Both the position numbers and the translations under genes were made by a program. Below the pieces are notes generated by a model. The model was not told where the DNA came from and did no database searches. It saw nothing but the letters and a program-made list of their open reading frames with translations. DNA of 64,000 nucleotides from Escherichia coli (lineage in GTDB: Bacteria > Pseudomonadota > Gammaproteobacteria > Enterobacterales > Enterobacteriaceae), in assembly GCF_024298765.1 (NCBI RefSeq), contig NZ_CP101210.1. One strand, 5' to 3'. Position 1 is the stretch's first letter; each line of letters opens with the position of its first letter. Below are positions 1 to 10,444 of this stretch, one piece after another.

Positions 1-182
1 CCCCATTCAAGAACAGCAAGCAGCATTGAGAACTTGGGAATCCAGTCTCTCTTCCACCTGCTGATCTGCGACTTATCAACTCCCACAGCTTCCGCTGTCT
101 TCTCAGTTCCAAGCATTGCGATTTTGTTAAGCAACGCACTCTCGATTCGTAGTGCCTCGTTGCGTTTGTTTGCACGAACCAT
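1..182 (-). CDS. cII: Lambda CII transcriptional activator, N-terminal part only (gene runs off window start)
   Basis: Reverse-strand translation from ATG at 182..180 gives MVRANKRNEALRIESALLNKIAMLGTEKTAEAVGVDKSQISRWKRDWIPKFSMLLAVLEW. Confidence 0.9.
   Translation of the reverse strand, partial: MVRANKRNEALRIESALLNKIAMLGTEKTAEAVGVDKSQISRWKRDWIPKFSMLLAVLEW
160..173 (+). promoter_or_regulatory. pRE region: CII-binding direct repeat TTGC-N6-TTGC overlapping cII start
   Basis: ttgcgtttgtttgc on the strand antisense to cII; matches the known CII recognition motif. Confidence 0.6.
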
Positions 183-261
183 ATGTAAGTATTTCCTTAG
201 ATAACAATTGATTGAATGTATGCAAATAAATGCATACACCATAGGTGTGGTTTAATTGGAT

Positions 262-293
262 GCCCTTTTTCAGGGCGGGGATGGGTAAGAGCG
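262..293 (-). promoter_or_regulatory. nutR (boxA CGCTCTTAC, boxB GCCCTGAAAAAGGGC) between cro and cII
   Basis: Reverse complement of 262..293 reads cgctcttacccatccccgccctgaaaaagggc. Confidence 0.75.
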
Positions 294-300
294 GGGTTAT

Positions 301-510
<210 letters not shown>

Positions 511-527
511 TTAGTACATGCAACTAT

Positions 528-591
528 TATCACCGCCAGAGGTAAAATAGTCAACACGCACGGTGTTAGATATTTATCCCTTGCGGTGATA
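528..591. promoter_or_regulatory. Right operator OR1 (528..544), OR2 (551..567), OR3 (575..591) with divergent pR and pRM
   Basis: Three 17-bp sites tatcaccgccagaggta, caacacgcacggtgtta, tatcccttgcggtgata between cro and cI. Confidence 0.88.
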
Positions 592-598
592 GATTTAA

Positions 599-1315
<717 letters not shown>

Positions 1316-1442
1316 TAGGAAGTAAGTTTTATGTTGACGGCACAGTCAACTTGGCATAGATTAATTAAACCAAGCCCAGCCCCGTTCGCAGACAATTGTT
1401 AATATCTGCATAACGGCTCTGGGCTATTTTTTTGGGACTCTT

Positions 1443-2300
1443 ATGAAGAAAGCAGCAATTTTAATTGATGCGGGTTTTTTCATGCAGCGTGTTCATGCTA
1501 CGCATCGTAAACACTTCGCCGAGCATGAACTGACTGCGCAATGCATAATGAAAGTAATATGGTCAATGGTTCTTTCCCATCTTAATGGAAAACGTCAATC
1601 ACAAGAACGTAGGGAACCGCTTGAGCTTTATAGAATTTACTTCTATGACTGTCCACCACTCGACATTCAAACACGCCTTCCACTTCCTGAGCCTGGCAAT
1701 AAGACGCCTGGTCGCAAGAATTTCAAACTCGAAAAATCATATATTCTGAGAACGGAGCTGCATGAAGAGTTAAGAAAAACTCGAAAAACAGCCTTAAGAT
1801 TAGGGAATCTTGTTGATAATAAGCGATGGCAACTAACTACATTCTCCCTTGATGCTCTGATGAAAGGAACGAAAAAATGGGATGAACTGACAAATGATGA
1901 TTTTTACTATGACATCAAACAAAAACAAGTTGATATCAAGCTAGGGATGGATATCACGACTTTAGCTTATGAAAAACTTGTTGATGTAATTGTCCTTGTT
2001 GCTGGGGACTCAGACTTTGTGCCTGCCGCCAAACACGCCAGAATTAAAGGTATTGATTTTATTCTTGATCCACTAAGACAGAATGTTACCCCATCACTGT
2101 CAGAGCACATTGATGGAGTTCAGTCATACAGCTTGATATCAGGACTTGCCGATGCTTTACATGTTGAGCCAGACCCGGCACCTGACTGGTGGGAAGATCG
2201 AAAAAAAGGCAAGCCTAGGGGAAAAAACAATAGCGGTAAACGCAGGTATGGAAACACTCAAGCTGAGTCTGCAAAGAAACATCAAAGAAATAAACGATAA
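1443..2300 (+). CDS. NYN/LabA-like PIN-fold predicted nuclease with Lys/Arg-rich C-terminal tail; occupies the rexA-rexB position
   Basis: 285-aa ORF with ATG start; motifs AAILIDAGFF, VDIKLGMD and VLVAGDSDFVPAAKHARIKGIDFILD resemble NYN acidic motifs; does not match my recollection of RexA; AT-rich. Confidence 0.75.
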   Translation: MKKAAILIDAGFFMQRVHATHRKHFAEHELTAQCIMKVIWSMVLSHLNGKRQSQERREPLELYRIYFYDCPPLDIQTRLPLPEPGNKTPGRKNFKLEKSYILRTELHEELRKTRKTALRLGNLVDNKRWQLTTFSLDALMKGTKKWDELTNDDFYYDIKQKQVDIKLGMDITTLAYEKLVDVIVLVAGDSDFVPAAKHARIKGIDFILDPLRQNVTPSLSEHIDGVQSYSLISGLADALHVEPDPAPDWWEDRKKGKPRGKNNSGKRRYGNTQAESAKKHQRNKR

Positions 2301-2309
2301 TCCCATCAA

Positions 2310-2336
2310 CCCGGCCACCGAGCCGGGTTTTCTTTG
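2310..2336 (+). terminator. Rho-independent terminator after the NYN gene
   Basis: cccggc-caccga-gccggg hairpin followed by ttttctttg. Confidence 0.6.
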
Positions 2337-2491
2337 CCTCACGATCGCCCCACCTAAAAACACATAACCAATTGTATTTATTTTAAAATTAATAGGTGCA
2401 ACTCACTAAACAACGCAATTCTGATCTCTCGATCACCTCCCAAGCCACACAACCCTGCAAAAAATAAATCTATATAAAAAACATACAGATA

Positions 2492-2552
2492 ACCATCTGC
2501 GGTGATAAATTATCTCTGGCGGTGTTGACACAAATACCACTAGCGGTGATAC
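2492..2552 (+). promoter_or_regulatory. Left operator OL3 (2492..2508), OL2 (2511..2527), OL1 (2535..2551) with pL (-35 ttgaca 2525..2530, -10 gatact 2547..2552)
   Basis: aaccatctgcggtgata, tatctctggcggtgttg, taccactagcggtgata upstream of N. Confidence 0.88.
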
Positions 2553-2592
2553 TAAACACACCAGCAGGACGCACTAACCCACATGAAGGTGA

Positions 2593-2623
2593 TGCTCTTA
2601 AAAATTAAGCCCTGAAGAAGGGC
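2593..2623 (+). promoter_or_regulatory. nutL (boxA tgctcttaa, boxB gccctgaagaagggc)
   Basis: gatgctcttaaaaattaagccctgaagaagggc between pL and N. Confidence 0.8.
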
Positions 2624-2781
2624 AGCATTCAAAGCAGAAGGCTTTGGGGTGTGTGATACGAAACGAAACATTGGCCGGAAGTGCGAATCCGGATTAGCTG
2701 CAAATGAGCCAATCGTGGGGTGTTTTCGTTCAGGACTACGACTCCCACACACCACCAAAGCTAACTGACAAGAGAATCCAG

Positions 2782-3679
<898 letters not shown>

Positions 3680-3802
3680 TTAAAAGACAGGCATACTAAT
3701 AAACACTGCACTGTGTATTTATTCCAACGAGTGAATACACGGAGCAATGTCGCTCGTAACTAAACAGGAGCCGACTTGTTCTGATTATTGGAAATCTTCT
3801 TT

Positions 3803-3829
3803 GCCCTCCAGTGTGAGGGCGATTTTTTA
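3803..3829 (+). terminator. Rho-independent terminator upstream of ea10 (tL1-like)
   Basis: gccctc-cagtgt-gagggc hairpin followed by gattttttat. Confidence 0.5.
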
Positions 3830-3848
3830 TCTATGAGGATATGAATAG

Positions 3849-4217
3849 GTGTCAAACATCAAAAAATACATCATTGATTACGACTGGAAAGCATCAATAG
3901 AAATTGAAATCGACCATGACGTAATGACAGAGGAAAAACTTCACCAGATTAATAATTTCTGGTCAGACTCTGAATACCGACTCAATAAACACGGCTCTGT
4001 ATTAAATGCTGTATTAATCATGCTGGCGCAACATGCTCTGCTTATAGCAATTTCAAGCGACTTAAATGCATATGGTGTTGTGTGTGAGTTCGACTGGAAT
4101 GATGGAAATGGTCAGGAAGGATGGCCTCCAATGGATGGTAGCGAAGGAATAAGAATTACCGATATCGATACATCAGGAATATTTGATTCAGATGATATGG
4201 CTATCAAGGCCGCCTGA
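3849..4217 (+). CDS. ea10: Ea10-like protein (122 aa)
   Basis: GTG-initiated ORF MSNIKKYIIDYDWKASIEIEIDHDVMTEEKLHQINNFWSD...; position collinear with lambda ea10. Confidence 0.8.
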   Translation: MSNIKKYIIDYDWKASIEIEIDHDVMTEEKLHQINNFWSDSEYRLNKHGSVLNAVLIMLAQHALLIAISSDLNAYGVVCEFDWNDGNGQEGWPPMDGSEGIRITDIDTSGIFDSDDMAIKAA

Positions 4218-4289
4218 GTGCGGCTTTACCGCATACCAATAACGCTTCACTCGAGGCGTTTTTCGTTATGTATAAATAAGGAGCACACC

Positions 4290-4430
4290 ATGCAATATGC
4301 CATTGCAGGGTGGCCTGTTGCTGGCTGCCCTTCCGAATCTTTACTTGAACGAATCACCCGTAAATTACGTGACGGATGGAAACGCCTTATCGACATACTT
4401 AATCAGCCAGGAGTACCCAAAAATGGATAA
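4290..4430 (+). CDS. cIII: CIII (FtsH inhibitor), 46 aa here because of an in-frame TAA
   Basis: [46 protein letters not shown] then TAA at 4428..4430. Confidence 0.85.
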   Translation: MQYAIAGWPVAGCPSESLLERITRKLRDGWKRLIDILNQPGVPKNG

Positions 4431-4566
4431 AAAACTTATGGCTATCCAGACAAAATTCACTATTGCCACTTTTATTGGCGATGAAAAGATGTTTCGTGAG
4501 GCCGTCGACGCTTATAAAAAATGGATATTAATACTGAAACTGAGATCAAGCAAAAGCATTCACTAA
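4423..4566 (+). CDS. kil: Kil (host-killing, FtsZ inhibitor), 47 aa
   Basis: [47 protein letters not shown] overlapping cIII end and gam start as in lambda. Confidence 0.8.
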   Translation: MDKKLMAIQTKFTIATFIGDEKMFREAVDAYKKWILILKLRSSKSIH

Positions 4567-4937
4567 CCCCCTTTCCTGTTTTCCTAATCAGCCCGGCATT
4601 TCGCGGGCGATATTTTCACAGCTATTTCAGGAGTTCGGCCATGAACGCTTATTACATTCAGGATCGTCTTGAGGCTCAGAGCTGGGCGCGTCACTACCAG
4701 CAGATAGCCCGTGAAGAGAAAGAGGCAGAACTGGCAGACGACATGGAAAAAGGCCTGCCCCAGCACCTGTTTGAATCGCTATGCATCGATCATTTGCAAC
4801 GCCACGGGGCCAGCAAAAAAGCCATTACCCGTGCGTTTGATGACGATGTTGAGTTTCAGGAGCGCATGGCAGAACACATCCGGTACATGGTTGAAACCAT
4901 TGCTCACCATCAGGTTGATATTGATTCAGAGGTATAA
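4521..4937 (+). CDS. gam: Gam (RecBCD inhibitor)
   Basis: 138-aa [64 protein letters not shown]... Confidence 0.95.
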   Translation: MDINTETEIKQKHSLTPFPVFLISPAFRGRYFHSYFRSSAMNAYYIQDRLEAQSWARHYQQIAREEKEAELADDMEKGLPQHLFESLCIDHLQRHGASKKAITRAFDDDVEFQERMAEHIRYMVETIAHHQVDIDSEV

Positions 4938-4942
4938 AACGG

Positions 4943-5728
4943 ATGAGTACAGCACTCGCAACGCTGGCAGGGAAGCTGGCTGAACGTGTCGGCATGGATT
5001 CTGTCGACCCACAGGAACTGATCACCACTCTTCGCCAGACGGCATTTAAAGGCGATGCCAGCGATGCGCAGTTCATCGCATTGTTGATCGTCGCCAACCA
5101 GTACGGCCTTAATCCGTGGACGAAAGAAATTTACGCCTTCCCTGACAAGCAGAACGGCATCGTTCCGGTGGTGGGCGTTGATGGCTGGTCCCGTATCATC
5201 AATGAAAACCAGCAGTTTGATGGCATGGACTTTGAGCAGGACAATGAATCATGTACATGCCGGATTTACCGCAAGGACCGTAATCATCCGATCTGCGTTA
5301 CCGAGTGGATGGATGAATGCCGCCGCGAACCATTCAAAACCCGCGAAGGCAGAGAAATCACCGGACCGTGGCAGTCGCATCCCAAACGGATGTTACGGCA
5401 TAAAGCCATGATTCAGTGTGCCCGTCTGGCCTTCGGATTTGCTGGTATCTATGACAAGGATGAAGCCGAGCGCATTGTCGAAAATACCGCATACACTGCA
5501 GAACGTCCGCCGGAACGCGACATCACTCCGGTTAACGATGAAACCATGCAGGAGATTAACACTATGCTGATTGCCCTGGACAAAACATGGGATGACGACT
5601 TATTGCCGCTCTGTTCCCAGATATTTCGCCGCGACATTCGCGCATCGTCAGAACTGACACAGGCCGAAGCAATGAAAGCTCTTGGATTCCTGAAACAGAA
5701 AGCCTCTGAACAGAAGGTGGCTGCATGA
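4943..5728 (+). CDS. bet: Bet (Red-beta single-strand annealing protein)
   Basis: 261-aa [69 protein letters not shown]... Confidence 0.97.
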   Translation: MSTALATLAGKLAERVGMDSVDPQELITTLRQTAFKGDASDAQFIALLIVANQYGLNPWTKEIYAFPDKQNGIVPVVGVDGWSRIINENQQFDGMDFEQDNESCTCRIYRKDRNHPICVTEWMDECRREPFKTREGREITGPWQSHPKRMLRHKAMIQCARLAFGFAGIYDKDEAERIVENTAYTAERPPERDITPVNDETMQEINTMLIALDKTWDDDLLPLCSQIFRRDIRASSELTQAEAMKALGFLKQKASEQKVAA

Positions 5729-6405
5729 CACCGGACATTATCCTGCAGCGTACCGGGATCGACGTGAGAGCTGTCGAACAGGGGGATGATGCATGGCACA
5801 AATTACGGCTCGGCGTCATCACCGCTTCAGAAGTTCACAACGTGATAGCAAAGCCCCGCTCAGGAAAGAAGTGGCCTGACATGAAAATGTCCTACTTCCA
5901 CACCCTGCTGGCTGAGGTTTGCACCGGTGTGGCTCCGGAAGTTAACGCTAAGGCGCTGGCCTGGGGAAAACAGTACGAGAACGACGCCAGAACCCTCTTT
6001 GAGTTCACTTCCGGCGTTAATGTTACTGAATCCCCGATCATCTATCGCGACGAAAGTATGCGCACCGCCTGCTCTCCCGATGGTTTATGCAGTGACGGCA
6101 ACGGCCTTGAACTGAAATGCCCGTTTACCTCCCGGGATTTCATGAAGTTCCGGCTCGGTGGTTTCGAGGCCATAAAATCGGCTTACATGGCCCAGGTGCA
6201 GTACAGCATGTGGGTGACGCGAAAAGATGCCTGGTACTTTGCCAACTATGACCCACGAATGAAGCGTGAAGGCCTGCATTATGTCGTGGTTGAGCGGGAT
6301 GAAAATTACATGGCGAGTTTTGACGAGATGGTGCCGGAGTTCATCGAAAAAATGGACGAGGCACTGGCTGAAATTGGTTTTGTATTTGGGGAGCAATGGC
6401 GATGA
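5725..6405 (+). CDS. exo: Exo (lambda exonuclease, Red-alpha)
   Basis: 226-aa [68 protein letters not shown]... Confidence 0.97.
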   Translation: MTPDIILQRTGIDVRAVEQGDDAWHKLRLGVITASEVHNVIAKPRSGKKWPDMKMSYFHTLLAEVCTGVAPEVNAKALAWGKQYENDARTLFEFTSGVNVTESPIIYRDESMRTACSPDGLCSDGNGLELKCPFTSRDFMKFRLGGFEAIKSAYMAQVQYSMWVTRKDAWYFANYDPRMKREGLHYVVVERDENYMASFDEMVPEFIEKMDEALAEIGFVFGEQWR

Positions 6406-6584
6406 CGCATCCTCACGATAATATCCGGGTAGGCGCGATCACTTTCGTCTACTCCATTACAAAGCGAGGCTGGGTATTTCCCGGCCTTTCTGTTATCAGA
6501 AATCCCCTGAAAGCACAGCGGCTGGCTGAGGAGATAAATAATAAACGGGGAGCTGTATGCACAAAGCATCTCCCGTTGAGTTAA
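6396..6584 (+). CDS. Lambda orf60a-like small protein
   Basis: [58 protein letters not shown]... immediately after exo. Confidence 0.6.
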   Translation: MAMTHPHDNIRVGAITFVYSITKRGWVFPGLSVIRNPLKAQRLAEEINNKRGAVCTKHLPLS

Positions 6585-6748
6585 GAACGAGTATCGAGAT
6601 GGCACATAGCCTCGCTCAAATTGGAGTCAGGTTTGTGCCAATACCAGTAGAAACAGACGAAGAATTTCATACGTTAGCCGCATCCCTTTCACAAAAGCTG
6701 GAAATGATGGTGGCGAAAGCAGAAGCAGATGAGAGAGACCAGGTATGA
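6557..6748 (+). CDS. Lambda orf63-like small protein
   Basis: 63-aa [66 protein letters not shown]. Confidence 0.6.
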   Translation: MHKASPVELRTSIEMAHSLAQIGVRFVPIPVETDEEFHTLAASLSQKLEMMVAKAEADERDQV

Positions 6749-6824
6749 CAACCACTGAATGCATTTTTCTGGCAGCGGGCTTCATATTCTGTGTGCTTAT
6801 GCTTGCCGACATGGGGCTTGTTCA

Positions 6825-7040
6825 ATGACACCTCAGCAAGAAAACGCCCTTCGCAGCATTGCCCGTCAGGCTAATTCTGAAATCAAAAAAGCCAGACAGC
6901 AGTTTCCGGATAAAAACGTCGATGACATTTGCCGTAGCGTACTAAAGAAGCACCGCGAAACGGTAACGCTGATGGGATTCACACCGACTCATTTAAGCCT
7001 GGCGATCGGCATGTTGAACGGCGTCTTTAAGGAACGGTGA
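6825..7040 (+). CDS. Lambda orf61-like small protein
   Basis: ORF from ATG 6825 MTPQQENALRSIARQANSEIKKARQQFPDKNVDDICRSVLKKHRETVTLMGF...; start choice uncertain. Confidence 0.5.
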   Translation: MTPQQENALRSIARQANSEIKKARQQFPDKNVDDICRSVLKKHRETVTLMGFTPTHLSLAIGMLNGVFKER

Positions 7041-7138
7041 ACATGAAAAGCAAAATCATCAGGGAGCTACAGGCTCCTTTTTTATTATTCGCATTCACCC
7101 TCAAGCGTATTAACCAACAATTCAGGGATTAATGAAAG

Positions 7139-7360
7139 ATGGCAGACATCATTGATTCAGCATCAGAAATTGAAGAATTACAGCGCAACACAGCAATAAA
7201 AATGCGCCGCCTGAACCACCAGGCTATATCTGCCACTCATTGTTGTGAGTGTGGCGATCCGATAGATGAACGAAGACGCTTGGCCGTTCAGGGTTGTCGG
7301 ACTTGTGCAAGTTGCCAGGAGGATCTGGAACTTATCAGTAAACAGAGAGGTTCGAAGTGA
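7139..7360 (+). CDS. TraR/DksA-family C4 zinc-finger protein (lambda orf73-like)
   Basis: 73-aa ORF with CCECGDPIDERRRLAVQGCRTCASC four-cysteine finger. Confidence 0.8.
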   Translation: MADIIDSASEIEELQRNTAIKMRRLNHQAISATHCCECGDPIDERRRLAVQGCRTCASCQEDLELISKQRGSK

Positions 7361-7905
7361 GCGAAATTAACTCTCAGGCACTGCGTGAGGCGGCAGTAGC
7401 AATTGAAACAGTAGCAACACCTCAAAAATTGCTGGCATTTCGTATGAAAGTCACACCTCAGGTTGTGCTGGCTCTACTGGATGAACGAGATGCATTAAAT
7501 GAACGCCTAGCCGAACTGGAGGCTGATTTAGCAGGGCTGGCCGAAGACCACCAGAAAGCGACTGAGTCAATTAAGCAGGCTGATGCAGCTGTTAAGTTGG
7601 CACACGAGAAGTTTTCGGCGCTGGCGGCGGAGAATGAGCTGGCTCGTAAAGCAGTTCAGGAATTCTGCGATGTTGTTGGCGACAGCACCGAGGTTATCTG
7701 CGAGGAGATTGGGAGAGATGGTGTTCTGGTTATTTTGGAGGCCATGAAGGCAACAGGAAATATGCCAGCCACCGATGCTTTCCTGGCTGAAGTACGGGCG
7801 CAGGGGGTGGAGATGATGCGCGAACATCCATCAATCAAACTTTGCTCTTTGACGCACATATGTGATGAGTTAGCCGCCCAGCTTCGCAAAGGAGGCAACC
7901 AGTGA
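7357..7905 (+). CDS. ea22: Ea22-like protein (182 aa, coiled-coil)
   Basis: 182-aa ORF collinear with lambda ea22; MSEINSQALREAAVAIETVATPQKLLAF... Confidence 0.7.
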   Translation: MSEINSQALREAAVAIETVATPQKLLAFRMKVTPQVVLALLDERDALNERLAELEADLAGLAEDHQKATESIKQADAAVKLAHEKFSALAAENELARKAVQEFCDVVGDSTEVICEEIGRDGVLVILEAMKATGNMPATDAFLAEVRAQGVEMMREHPSIKLCSLTHICDELAAQLRKGGNQ

Positions 7906-8035
7906 CTGGACATGCAGCAATCCTCGACATGTGCTGTGGCAGTCGCATGTTCTGGTTAGATAAGAATGACGAACGGGCGAGATAAGCGATCGGTTAAGTG
8001 CTATAGTAATGCGCTTTTGTATTTATGGAGTGAAT

Positions 8036-8734
8036 ATGAAAAATATCCTACTGGCATCATTGTTAGTGGCATCGCCGGGTGCATTTGCAGCCAGCTTTGA
8101 CTGCCAAAAGGCTTCGACAGCAATCGAACATAAAATCTGCGATAACGAACGTCTGTCAAAATTAGACGAACAGCTTAGCTCTGCCTATTCTAGTGCCCTC
8201 AAAGGAAACCCAGAGAACGCAGACACCCTAAAAATGGTTCAACGTCAGTGGGTAAATATGCGTGGAAAACTCACTGATAATAAGGCTCTGGAGCTGGCTT
8301 ATCTTATCCAAATTAATGGCCTCAAAGGTTTGGGGAGTTCAGTCAGCGTAACAGCGGCCAATGACATACCCACGTCGGCGCAGAAACATTCTAAAGAGCA
8401 GGAAGATACAAGTAAGGCAGAAGCTAAGTCGGTCAAGAACGGCAATAAGCTAACCTTAGAGTCATTCCGAGCTAAATATGTAGAAGTAGATGGTGAGTAT
8501 TACAGCACGACATCCATTCCTAGAGGCAGTTCGTTCTTGTTCACTTGCGCTAGTCGTATTGCTGATGACCAAGTGAATATTTGGAAGAAACAGGCAGCCA
8601 AAGAGGGCAAAATCGACCTATTCTTTGAGGTTGAGAATCACTTACACACGGCTATGTTGAACGCCAATTTTCAGAAGTTGAATTCAGACCCTGCCAAAAG
8701 AGGTATTTGTAATCTGATTAACGCAGTGCCGTAA
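8036..8734 (+). CDS. Secreted protein with signal peptide and DUF1311/LprI-like N-terminal domain; replaces ea8.5
   Basis: MKNILLASLLVASPGAFAASFDCQKASTAIEHKICDNERLSKLDEQLSSAYSSALKG...QRQW; GGAG RBS before ATG 8036. Confidence 0.7.
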   Translation: MKNILLASLLVASPGAFAASFDCQKASTAIEHKICDNERLSKLDEQLSSAYSSALKGNPENADTLKMVQRQWVNMRGKLTDNKALELAYLIQINGLKGLGSSVSVTAANDIPTSAQKHSKEQEDTSKAEAKSVKNGNKLTLESFRAKYVEVDGEYYSTTSIPRGSSFLFTCASRIADDQVNIWKKQAAKEGKIDLFFEVENHLHTAMLNANFQKLNSDPAKRGICNLINAVP

Positions 8735-8744
8735 GTAAATTTAG

Positions 8745-8775
8745 GGCCACAGTTGTGGCCTTAAATATTTTTTTC
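8745..8775 (+). terminator. Putative rho-independent terminator after the DUF1311 gene
   Basis: ggccac-agtt-gtggcc hairpin followed by T-rich run. Confidence 0.45.
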
Positions 8776-8970
8776 AGCCTTTTCTTATTTGTAATAAGCA
8801 GTACTTGGTAGTGCTTATAAAACAGAATAAAAAATATATGACTTTGGCGATTACCCAGTAAAGATATTCGAAATAAATGTAAATATCGACAATGAATAAC
8901 TATCCTCGCACTCGCGGGGATTTCTTTTATCTGAACTCGCTACGGCGAGTTTTTTTTATGGAGATGATAA

Positions 8971-9138
8971 ATGCACTTCCGAGTCACAGGTGAATGGAAT
9001 GGAGAACCATTCAACAGAGTTATCGAAGCCGAGAACATCAGCGACTGCTATGACCACTGGATGCTGTGGGCGCAGATAGCACATGCAGACGTAACCAATA
9101 TTCGAATTGAAGAACTGAAAGAACACCAAGCCGCCTGA
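8971..9138 (+). CDS. Lambda orf55-like small protein (below 60-aa ORF-track cutoff)
   Basis: MHFRVTGEWNGEPFNRVIEAENISDCYDHWMLWAQIAHADVTNIRIEELKEHQAA; collinear with lambda orf55 upstream of xis; followed by gccgcc..ggcggc hairpin + T-run. Confidence 0.65.
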   Translation: MHFRVTGEWNGEPFNRVIEAENISDCYDHWMLWAQIAHADVTNIRIEELKEHQAA

Positions 9139-9177
9139 TGGCGGTTTTTTCTTGCGTGTAATTGCGGAGACTTTGCG

Positions 9178-9396
9178 ATGTACTTGACACTTCAGGAGTG
9201 GAACGCACGCCAGCGACGCCCAAGAAGCCTTGAAACAGTTCGTCGATGGGTACGCGAGTGCAGGATATTCCCTCCTCCGGTTAAGGATGGAAGAGAGTAT
9301 CTGTTCCACGAATCAGCGGTAAAGGTTGACTTAAATCGACCAGTAACAGGTAGCCTTTTGAAGAGGATCAGAAATGGGAAGAAGGCGAAGTCATGA
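9178..9396 (+). CDS. xis: Excisionase Xis
   Basis: 72-aa ORF MYLTLQEWNARQRRPRSLETVRRWVRECRIFPPPVKDGREYLFHESAVKVDLNRPVTGSLLKRIRNGKKAKS. Confidence 0.96.
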   Translation: MYLTLQEWNARQRRPRSLETVRRWVRECRIFPPPVKDGREYLFHESAVKVDLNRPVTGSLLKRIRNGKKAKS

Positions 9397-10444
9397 GCGC
9401 CGGGATTTACCCCCTAACCTTTATATAAGAAACAATGGATATTACTGCTACAGGGACCCAAGGACGGGTAAAGAGTTTGGATTAGGCCGAGACAGGCGAA
9501 TCGCAATCACTGAAGCTATACAGGCCAACATTGAGTTATTTTCAGGACACAAACACAAGCCTCTGACAGCGAGAATCAACAGTGATAATTCCGTTACGTT
9601 ACATTCATGGCTTGATCGCTACGAAAAAATCCTGGCCAGCAGAGGAATCAAGCAGAAGACACTCATAAATTACATGAGCAAAATTAAAGCAATAAGGAGG
9701 GGTCTGCCTGATGCTCCACTTGAAGACATCACCACAAAAGAAATTGCGGCAATGCTCAATGGATACATAGACGAGGGCAAGGCGGCATCAGCCAAGTTAA
9801 TCAGATCAACACTGAGCGATGCATTCCGAGAGGCTATAGCTGAAGGCCATATAACAACAAACCCGGTCGCAGCCACTCGCGCTGCAAAATCAGAGGTAAG
9901 GAGATCAAGACTTACGGCTGACGAATACCTGAAAATTTATCAAGCAGCAGAATCATCACCATGTTGGCTTAGACTTGCAATGGAACTGGCTGTTGTTACC
10001 GGGCAGCGAGTTGGTGATTTATGCGAAATGAAGTGGTCTGATATCGTAGATGGATATCTTTATGTCGAGCAAAGCAAAACAGGCGTAAAAATTGCCATCC
10101 CAACAACATTGCATGTTGATGCTCTCGGGATATCAATGAAGGAAACACTTGATAAATGCAAAAAGATTCTTGGCGGAGAAACCATAATTGCATCTACTCG
10201 TCGTGAACCGCTTTCATCCGGCACAGTATCAAGGTATTTTATGCGCGCACGAAAAGCATCAGGTCTTTCCTTCGAAGGGGATCCGCCTACCTTTCACGAG
10301 TTGCGCAGTTTGTCTGCAAGACTCTATGAGAAGCAGATAAGCGATAAGTTTGCTCAACATCTTCTCGGGCATAAGTCGGACACCATGGCATCACAGTATC
10401 GTGATGACAGAGGCAGGGAGTGGGACAAAATTGAAATCAAATAA
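9374..10444 (+). CDS. int: Integrase Int (tyrosine recombinase)
   Basis: 356-aa ORF MGRRRSHERRDLPPNLYIRNNGYYCYRDPRTGKEFGLGRDRRIAITEAIQANIELFSG... overlapping xis end. Confidence 0.97.
   Translation: MGRRRSHERRDLPPNLYIRNNGYYCYRDPRTGKEFGLGRDRRIAITEAIQANIELFSGHKHKPLTARINSDNSVTLHSWLDRYEKILASRGIKQKTLINYMSKIKAIRRGLPDAPLEDITTKEIAAMLNGYIDEGKAASAKLIRSTLSDAFREAIAEGHITTNPVAATRAAKSEVRRSRLTADEYLKIYQAAESSPCWLRLAMELAVVTGQRVGDLCEMKWSDIVDGYLYVEQSKTGVKIAIPTTLHVDALGISMKETLDKCKKILGGETIIASTRREPLSSGTVSRYFMRARKASGLSFEGDPPTFHELRSLSARLYEKQISDKFAQHLLGHKSDTMASQYRDDRGREWDKIEIK

Noticed and set aside
1443-2300. Possibility that the ORF after cI is simply rexA (similar length, same position)
   Set aside because: Sequence does not resemble RexA as I recall it (RexA begins MKNGFYATYRSK), there is no rexB-sized gene before OL, and the protein carries NYN-type acidic motifs
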